From positions 70,899-134,898 of the forward strand of contig PLZJ01000003.1 of assembly GCA_003152105.1 (NCBI GenBank): DNA of 64,000 nucleotides, in the 5' to 3' direction. Under the pieces are notes generated by a model. It saw nothing but the letters and a program-made list of their open reading frames with translations. It was not told the origin of the DNA and did no database searches. The first letter of the stretch is position 1. Each line of letters opens with the position of its first letter. The stretch comes from Candidatus Levyibacteriota bacterium (lineage in GTDB: Bacteria > Patescibacteriota > Microgenomatia > Levybacterales > UBA12049). Of the stretch, positions 57,925 through 64,000 are shown piece after piece. The position numbers and the translations under genes were made by a program.

Positions 57925-59031
57925 CTATTGAGGAGTTGAGGAATAGGGAAGCATATGTGAAGGACTTGCTTGAGAATTATTTTGATTTTCAACTGATTCT
58001 AAATTCTTTTCTATACCCATATTCATTGGATCCAGTGAATGTGCATATGTTAATTCCTGAATTGCTTCGCTTTTATTTCCAAGTGCAAAAAGCGCTAAGC
58101 CTTTATCATTATGTGCCCAGTCGTATGTTGGATTAAGCGTTATAGATTTATTTGCATATATGAGTGCCTGATTATTGTTATTTTCAGAAAGCGCTATTGA
58201 TGAAAGCGCAGCGTAAGGGGCAAAATATGATGGGTTAAGTGAAATTGCAAAATTTTCTTCACTTGTTCCCTGTATTACATTATCTGTTGCAACATATGAC
58301 ATGCCAATCCAATAATGTGCTTCTGCTTTTTGCCCAGGCGTTATAGCCTCAGTTAATGCTTTACTCGCAAGTTGCAATGATGTTGAAAAATTACCATTAT
58401 TCCAATTTTCTGACGCTTCAGAAATATCGCTATTATAGGGAATTGATCGTGTTTCCAAACTCATTTGCTTTGTATTTGTGGAACTTGTTAGAAAGATAAA
58501 AAATAATCCAATTACGACAATAAATAATAAGATAAAAAGTACAACTGGTAGAGTAATTAAGATTTTTACCCATATTGGCCACTTTTTAAGCCACATCCAC
58601 ATAGTAATAACTCCTGCAGGATAAAAAGTAAGTAGTAAAACCGCAGTTATTACCATATATGTATCAGTAGAGGTATCTAGTGATTTTTCTTTTGCCAGAT
58701 TGGTCTTATTGCCTTGCTTATATATATGAAAATACCAATAAAAGGGGAGTGCAAACGTATTTCCTATTATAATGAGCACCATCCATAATAGCTTTTTGTT
58801 CTCATCAAGCATCTCATTTTGCATTACCAAAATACAATAATAGATAATAAGTCCAAAAATGAGCAGAATCATTGCAAAATGAACAACGATGAGAGTTGGA
58901 AAGAAAACGAGAAATGAACTCCCTGGATTACCTCCAGATGCAATATGGACAAAGGCTGAAATAAATAGAGCAAAAAAGACAACTATATAAAGTAAGGGCA
59001 GAATTGAAAGTATTCCAAGAAAATATTTCAT
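57925..59031 (-). CDS. TPR-repeat membrane protein
   Basis: Seven or more N-terminal TM helices. C-terminal TPR-like repeats (AHYWIGMSY...). Confidence 0.55.
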   Translation of the reverse strand: MKYFLGILSILPLLYIVVFFALFISAFVHIASGGNPGSSFLVFFPTLIVVHFAMILLIFGLIIYYCILVMQNEMLDENKKLLWMVLIIIGNTFALPFYWYFHIYKQGNKTNLAKEKSLDTSTDTYMVITAVLLLTFYPAGVITMWMWLKKWPIWVKILITLPVVLFILLFIVVIGLFFIFLTSSTNTKQMSLETRSIPYNSDISEASENWNNGNFSTSLQLASKALTEAITPGQKAEAHYWIGMSYVATDNVIQGTSEENFAISLNPSYFAPYAALSSIALSENNNNQALIYANKSITLNPTYDWAHNDKGLALFALGNKSEAIQELTYAHSLDPMNMGIEKNLESVENQNNSQASPSHMLPYSSTPQ

Positions 59032-59142
59032 AATTAGAGTATCCTGCTAATTATTCCTCTTGTCAATTCAAAAAATCCAGCATACTAAAAGGCACACCGT
59101 TTGGTGTGCCTCCTAGCGCAACAGTATAGTATAGAACTTATG

Positions 59143-59676
59143 TTATGGTGATGGTGTAGGCGTTAATTTAGATTTCCACATGCCATGCATGCCACGTCCG
59201 CCAAATCCTGGCATAACGTATGCATAATTAATATTTTGTGAAGTTGCCCATGCCTTAAGATCTGACTGCATGCTTTGCATTGCAGTTCTTCTTTGCACCA
59301 TAGTTAGTGTTGTACTACTTAGATTATATTTTTGATATAAACTTGTTAGCTCTGCTTCGATTGCCGTTTTTTGATCAGCAGTAATTTTTCCACTGGTAAC
59401 CAGTGCTGAAAGTCTTTGGTCTTCACGTTGTTGCATTGTTTGTTGATTTGGTGCCCATGTCGGTCTTGTGTGTTTATGAGTTGATGTATATTGAGTAACA
59501 GCAGTTTTTACTTGTGTTTGATCTAAACCAAACTTTTGTGCAATAGCGGCAATAAGCCCTTCAAAGAAATTTCCCGAATTTGAACTATTAGCAGTTTGTG
59601 CATGTGCTTGTGAAACAAAACTAAGTGATCCAACAAGCAGTGTTGTAACAAATAAAAGTGATAGTTGTTTTTTCAA
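59143..59676 (-). CDS. Secreted hypothetical protein (177 aa)
   Basis: Signal peptide MKKQLSLLFVTTLLVGSLSFVSQAHA. Gln-rich. Confidence 0.5.
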   Translation of the reverse strand: MKKQLSLLFVTTLLVGSLSFVSQAHAQTANSSNSGNFFEGLIAAIAQKFGLDQTQVKTAVTQYTSTHKHTRPTWAPNQQTMQQREDQRLSALVTSGKITADQKTAIEAELTSLYQKYNLSSTTLTMVQRRTAMQSMQSDLKAWATSQNINYAYVMPGFGGRGMHGMWKSKLTPTPSP

Positions 59677-59796
59677 TTGCTCACCTCCTCTCGTGTAATC
59701 TATATCAATACTACAGATAAAAACTTATAAAATGCTTAGAACTTTTAGCTTCAAATTACGTATATAGATGAGGTTTAGATTGTTTTAACAAGTAAA

Positions 59797-60675
59797 TTAG
59801 TCACTTTGCAAATCTGAATCACTATCTTCATGTAATAACATATAGCCATAATTTTCAACTGCAGTTATAGGAAATAACGAGTCTTTTTGTTCATCTTCAC
59901 CAGTAAATAATTCTTTGTCTTGTAAGCGCTTTTTAAGATATGCATAGCGTGCCAAATCGTCAACTGTAGGCTCACGGGTAGGCAGAATAACTGGCTCTAA
60001 ATCTTGTGCAAATTTACCACTCTCTACAGCTGCTTTTAATTTACTTAAGCTTTCTACTTCCAGTTTTTTCGTACGCATTCTTTCTTCTTCTTGACCGACT
60101 GCTATAGCAGGGTCATAATATGCAAGAAATGGTGGATTTAACATATCAAATATACCCTGCAAATACGCTTTCTTATATAATGGGTTTTCGAGTTTAGGAC
60201 TATGACTTAACTGTTCATATATTTTGTCTCCAAGCCAAGGAGATATGTTCCTTACATTACGAAAAAAGATCTTAAGGCCTGAATATCTATTCATTTCATT
60301 TACTGCATCAGGTTTTGTGGAATGCAAAATCCAATCATTACTCGTCCAACTAGGTACTAAAAATATGCCACTAGAATCAACCACATGTCGCGAAATATCC
60401 TTATTTGTAATAGTTTGTGTAAGAAATGGCTCGAAATTAGTATGAAACATTATATCTGCAATCATATTTCGACCTCTATTATAGGTAAGTGTTGCCCCAT
60501 AATCTTTAAAGGATCGAGACTGACCTTCTTGAAATGAAAAAAGAAGTGGATGTATTTCTTTAATTTTTCCTTCTATTCGAACTGAGGAAAGCGCATCAGA
60601 TTTGGCATGTTCATAATGGTGTACAAAACTATGCAGTACAGTAGGATCTTGTGTAAAACGTGCTCGTTCGCTCAT
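59797..60675 (-). CDS. Hypothetical protein (292 aa)
   Basis: ORF track only. Confidence 0.5.
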   Translation of the reverse strand: MSERARFTQDPTVLHSFVHHYEHAKSDALSSVRIEGKIKEIHPLLFSFQEGQSRSFKDYGATLTYNRGRNMIADIMFHTNFEPFLTQTITNKDISRHVVDSSGIFLVPSWTSNDWILHSTKPDAVNEMNRYSGLKIFFRNVRNISPWLGDKIYEQLSHSPKLENPLYKKAYLQGIFDMLNPPFLAYYDPAIAVGQEEERMRTKKLEVESLSKLKAAVESGKFAQDLEPVILPTREPTVDDLARYAYLKKRLQDKELFTGEDEQKDSLFPITAVENYGYMLLHEDSDSDLQSD

Positions 60676-60732
60676 AGTGTCATATCATAAAAAAGGTACA
60701 ACAACTTGTCAATACAAAGAAATTAAAAAAGC

Positions 60733-61227
60733 TTAAATGAGGTTTTTGCGTCTAAAGAATACAAATGCTCCTACTGAACCAAGAAGTGCAACCATTCCAG
60801 TTAGTGTACCGAATTCAGGCACACTTGCAACTGAAAAATTAAAATCACCGGTTGCTAAGTAACTTACACCATTAAATTGTGGATCATTTGATACTAACTC
60901 ATTATCAGTAAGTGTTACGCCGTTATAGGTGGCTTTTTGCGTTGTACTATCTCCTTTAGTACATGACGAGATAGGAACTGTTATTTCATATAATCCATTT
61001 CCATCTGTGTGTGCAGTAGTTGAGTACGTAACATTATGATCAACGCAGGTAATCGAAACTGCTAGATTGTTAACAGGGGAACCATTATTATATGCGTTTC
61101 CTCGAATTACAGTATTTAAAGATGTCGCCTGAGCTGAAGTCGCAAAAAAAGATGCTGCTAAAAAAAGTGGGAGAGTAAATGAAAATACTAATTTCTTTGA
61201 CATATTTTGATTAAGTATGTTAATCAT
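60733..61227 (-). CDS. Secreted protein with a C-terminal sorting-signal-like tail (PEFG, TM helix, RRK)
   Basis: Signal peptide. Beta-rich domain. C-terminus VPEFGTLTGMVALLGSVGAFVFFRRKNLI. Confidence 0.5.
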   Translation of the reverse strand: MINILNQNMSKKLVFSFTLPLFLAASFFATSAQATSLNTVIRGNAYNNGSPVNNLAVSITCVDHNVTYSTTAHTDGNGLYEITVPISSCTKGDSTTQKATYNGVTLTDNELVSNDPQFNGVSYLATGDFNFSVASVPEFGTLTGMVALLGSVGAFVFFRRKNLI

Positions 61228-61289
61228 AATATCATTTCTAAATTATTTGTCAAGTCCTAATAAGCTAAACTCAGCAATACAAAGTTTCG

Positions 61290-61913
61290 TTATGCAATAT
61301 TTCCCGATGGAGCAGGGGATATAGTTCCAATTTTGGTAAGTCCGTACTCAGATAAATCTTCAGACGCACTCCACCATTCAATATCATATAATTCAACTTG
61401 TTCAAATGCAGTTTGTGTTAAGAAATGAAATATTGCTTCTTCAAATTCATTTGGAAAAGAAAGTTCTGGAGAAAGTATTGGTTGCATATAGTAATAATCA
61501 GGCCGTAAACTACGTTCTAATTGATTTTCTTTCCACACTCCTACAGATGGAATCCCTTCTGATATATCACAATGAGCTAAATTTGCAAAAAAGTCAGAGG
61601 CAAGCGCCATAAGTTTAGTTCGATCTTCAATTGCAACAGTAGGATCTGTTATCGATGCTTGTACAAATTGAGGCTGCTCGCGTCTTTTTTGCCATGATGG
61701 TTCGAATGTTTGTAATATATCAAGTATTTCTGTCTCATTTTCTGAATTATTAAATGCGTTTTCTAACACTTTGTACTGCGTACTTGTGGTAAAAGGAGGA
61801 GAATTATGAGTCCAAGACCCAACATTCTTCCTACCTTCATCTCGATCTGAATAGACAAGACGTAAACCTCCATGATCTTTTGGCGACAAATAAAAGAGTG
61901 GCTCTTCTTTCAT
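61290..61913 (-). CDS. Hypothetical protein (207 aa)
   Basis: ORF track only. Confidence 0.5.
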   Translation of the reverse strand: MKEEPLFYLSPKDHGGLRLVYSDRDEGRKNVGSWTHNSPPFTTSTQYKVLENAFNNSENETEILDILQTFEPSWQKRREQPQFVQASITDPTVAIEDRTKLMALASDFFANLAHCDISEGIPSVGVWKENQLERSLRPDYYYMQPILSPELSFPNEFEEAIFHFLTQTAFEQVELYDIEWWSASEDLSEYGLTKIGTISPAPSGNIA

Positions 61914-62107
61914 ATAGAGTGAAAATAATACAGTATTAAAAACTATGCGTCAATAAAAATAGTTGATTTGGCAGTAGGGGGAAAGAAACAGTAGGTAGTA
62001 TATGCATGGCACGCATATGCATGTTTCTTTCTTTTTCATTGTTTCCAATGACCCTACTACCGTGTGCACCTCCTTTCATAGAATGATACTAAAAAACTGG
62101 GAAATCC

Positions 62108-62665
62108 TTATGTGGAACGCGCGATGATGACCAGTGCTTCATCCAACTTGGTTTCGACCAAAGCTGAAAGAGATGACTCTGCTCGAACTCGACAAACATT
62201 GCAAATTGCCAAATGCTCTAAAGCTCCATCAGGAAGTTGCGTGACGTCAGAAAGTGTAAGATCCTCCCAATCCTTTGTCGTATCCCACGGAAAATGTTCG
62301 AGCAGAATCTCGTACCAGCGATATTTGAAATGTTGCTCGCAAAGCAAAGTTGCCAGAATTCTCCATGCACCATGCGATACGACCGCAAAACACATAGCAC
62401 CAATGGCTTCGAGTTCGCTTTGATATAGCACTTCTGCCACATCCAAGACGACAATGAATGAAAGATTCTCAATTTTTGCCCGGACAGTTTCACTACTGTT
62501 TGAAAGCATGTTTATTTCCGGAATATGAGTCCTCTCAATCAGCAGCATTTCCTCGACTGGACAATCTGTCAAAGAGAAACGATTAGTATCGCTTAGAAAC
62601 TGGCTTGGAAACTTATCTACGTGCTTCTTGCTAAAGGTATCGACAAAATTGGTTCTCAACTCCAT
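62108..62665 (-). CDS. Hypothetical protein (185 aa), higher-GC operon gene 3
   Basis: About 45 % GC by eye. No recognisable motif. Confidence 0.5.
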   Translation of the reverse strand: MELRTNFVDTFSKKHVDKFPSQFLSDTNRFSLTDCPVEEMLLIERTHIPEINMLSNSSETVRAKIENLSFIVVLDVAEVLYQSELEAIGAMCFAVVSHGAWRILATLLCEQHFKYRWYEILLEHFPWDTTKDWEDLTLSDVTQLPDGALEHLAICNVCRVRAESSLSALVETKLDEALVIIARST

Positions 62666-62703
62666 GCTCCTATATTATTTAGTTAGTTGAATAAAGTCTC
62701 CTA

Positions 62704-63282
62704 CTATGCAGCTCCAGCCCCTTGGTAGATGACAAGATCTATATCGCTTGGGAAAGGACTTTCTTGTATGACATGGTCATTCCCCAAAAGCATACTATGA
62801 TTCTTGTTAACAAAGGCCGTTTGCTGACAGACAGCAAGCATATCACGTGCGAATTCGTAATTTTGCTTGGAACTTCGTCCGGCACATGATACGACAAATC
62901 CACCTTTCCCAACGATTGATCTTGCAAAGAAAGGATCTCCCATTTGGTATAGGTAAGAAGCTTCTTCCACAAAATCATCAGAAGAACAAAGTGTTCTCCA
63001 TGCTTTAAACGCTTCGCGTATGGCAATCTCTACGTAGTGAGTCGGCTCTTCCTTACTTACGCCAAAACGCCCCACAAAATAACATATATTCCGTACAAAA
63101 TACGGCCATAAGCCATCGCGTGGTAGCCCTGGAGAAAATATGGGAATTGCTGGATCTGTTACAACAACGACTAGTTCAGTCACAAGTGAGATTTGTCTGT
63201 TGGCGTTGGTATACATATCGACAACATATTTAAAATCTCTCTCGACATCTGATCTCGAAAGAAATGTACTGCCACTCATCAC
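62704..63282 (-). CDS. Hypothetical protein (192 aa), higher-GC operon gene 2
   Basis: About 44 % GC by eye. No recognisable motif. Confidence 0.5.
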   Translation of the reverse strand: MMSGSTFLSRSDVERDFKYVVDMYTNANRQISLVTELVVVVTDPAIPIFSPGLPRDGLWPYFVRNICYFVGRFGVSKEEPTHYVEIAIREAFKAWRTLCSSDDFVEEASYLYQMGDPFFARSIVGKGGFVVSCAGRSSKQNYEFARDMLAVCQQTAFVNKNHSMLLGNDHVIQESPFPSDIDLVIYQGAGAA

Positions 63283-63304
63283 TGCCTCCTTTTCCTATCT
63301 TTTG

Positions 63305-63670
63305 TTAAGCATCTGAAATGGGGAGTATATCCGAAACTCTAAGCGATGCCTTGTCTCCAATTGGAATAATCTCGTAATGTGAAGAAAATGCATCATCAAA
63401 TGCAAAGTGCCCACAGTCGAGTAAAACAAGCTGAGTAGTTGTAAAGTAACTATATTCTTGATCGAATTGATGATATCTCCATGTCCCTTCTTGCTCACGT
63501 ATTGCTACCCAATCAAGCATAAAGATGACAAAGATTTCAGCGAGTATAATTCTTCGAATCTGTGCTTGCAGTACCTTTCCAACTTCTTCAATTAGTAATT
63601 GTCCTCCCGATAGTTCTGGATTTTTGGTAATGAAGTCTGACCACGTAATCGTTCTTTTTGAAAGTTCCAT
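63305..63670 (-). CDS. Hypothetical protein (121 aa), higher-GC operon gene 1
   Basis: ORF track. 22-nt gap to the next gene. Confidence 0.5.
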   Translation of the reverse strand: MELSKRTITWSDFITKNPELSGGQLLIEEVGKVLQAQIRRIILAEIFVIFMLDWVAIREQEGTWRYHQFDQEYSYFTTTQLVLLDCGHFAFDDAFSSHYEIIPIGDKASLRVSDILPISDA

Positions 63671-63898
63671 GTAAATTTCCTTTTGTTTTTTATCTTCAAA
63701 TGAGACAATAGAAAGACAGTATTTGTATCTTCCTGTTGCCTCACTGAAGTATTCTATGAAAGTTGTTAATGTGCAAAAATACTTTTTGCCACTTAAAAAA
63801 CAGCTATTGTTTTAAAGTAGACAAAATGTTTGGAAAGTATATCAAAATCGAGGCTAGATTACAAATCTATAGGATTATTTATTGCAAAACTGATATCT

Positions 63899-64000
63899 TA
63901 TTTGGTTTTTTGAGGATCTCTATTTTCAATTCGCTCGCTTGCAATTGGAGAACTATGCAGCGTATTATCAGGAATACTATTTCGCTGAATAATATCTTTT
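63899..64000 (-). CDS. C-terminal fragment of a gene entering from beyond the window end
   Basis: Open frame on the minus strand from 64000 down to a stop at about 63899. Confidence 0.2.

Noticed and set aside
1-64000. CRISPR arrays, IS elements, transposases and prophage structural genes
   Set aside because: No regularly spaced direct repeats, no DDE or HUH transposase-like ORFs, and no capsid, terminase or portal-like proteins were seen anywhere in the window.

Overview
This is an AT-rich (by eye about 33-36 % GC) bacterial chromosomal segment using the standard genetic code. Gene density is high and many proteins are small, which fits an uncultivated small-genome bacterium; the lineage cannot be fixed from sequence alone. 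The backbone carries ordinary genes: a Y-family DNA polymerase (DinB), an EamA transporter, VOC, ICMT and NUDIX enzymes, a PAS histidine kinase with a single-domain response regulator, an HxlR regulator divergent from an FMN reductase, an S58/DmpA peptidase, a 2-hydroxyacid dehydrogenase, an M20 amidohydrolase, a CofE-like ligase and a Xer-type tyrosine recombinase. A Fur-family regulator sits with a Znu/Tro-type metal ABC transporter. No rRNA, convincing tRNA or CRISPR array was seen. Three things stand out. (1) A roughly 15-kb cell-envelope glycosylation locus at 37.4-52.3 kb. It holds an LAXTG surface protein with a Thr/Pro/Ser-rich linker and a class-E-like sortase. Next is a 1573-aa fusion protein combining a DPM1-like GT2, a processive QxxRW GT2, a Wzx-like flippase domain and a GT4. 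These are followed by a GT4, a DegT aminotransferase fused to a GT2, a paralogous GT2, two GT-C (PMT/ArnT-like) membrane transferases and a secreted glycosidase-like protein. The gene content suggests a polyprenyl-phosphate-linked amino-sugar glycosylation system, Arn-like in logic. (2) Two compositionally foreign, higher-GC (about 45-50 %) blocks at about 24.8-33.1 kb and about 61.3-63.7+ kb. They encode only uncharacterised secreted, lipoprotein or small-membrane proteins and carry no integrase. (3) GC- and G/T-rich noncoding stretches with no credible ORFs at 18.55-19.69 kb, 24.8-25.7 kb and 29.85-29.97 kb. Two of them share a long structured hairpin module, which makes them candidate structured RNAs or a repeat family. 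A PNPOx-like gene is interrupted by one in-frame TAA at 14456-14458.
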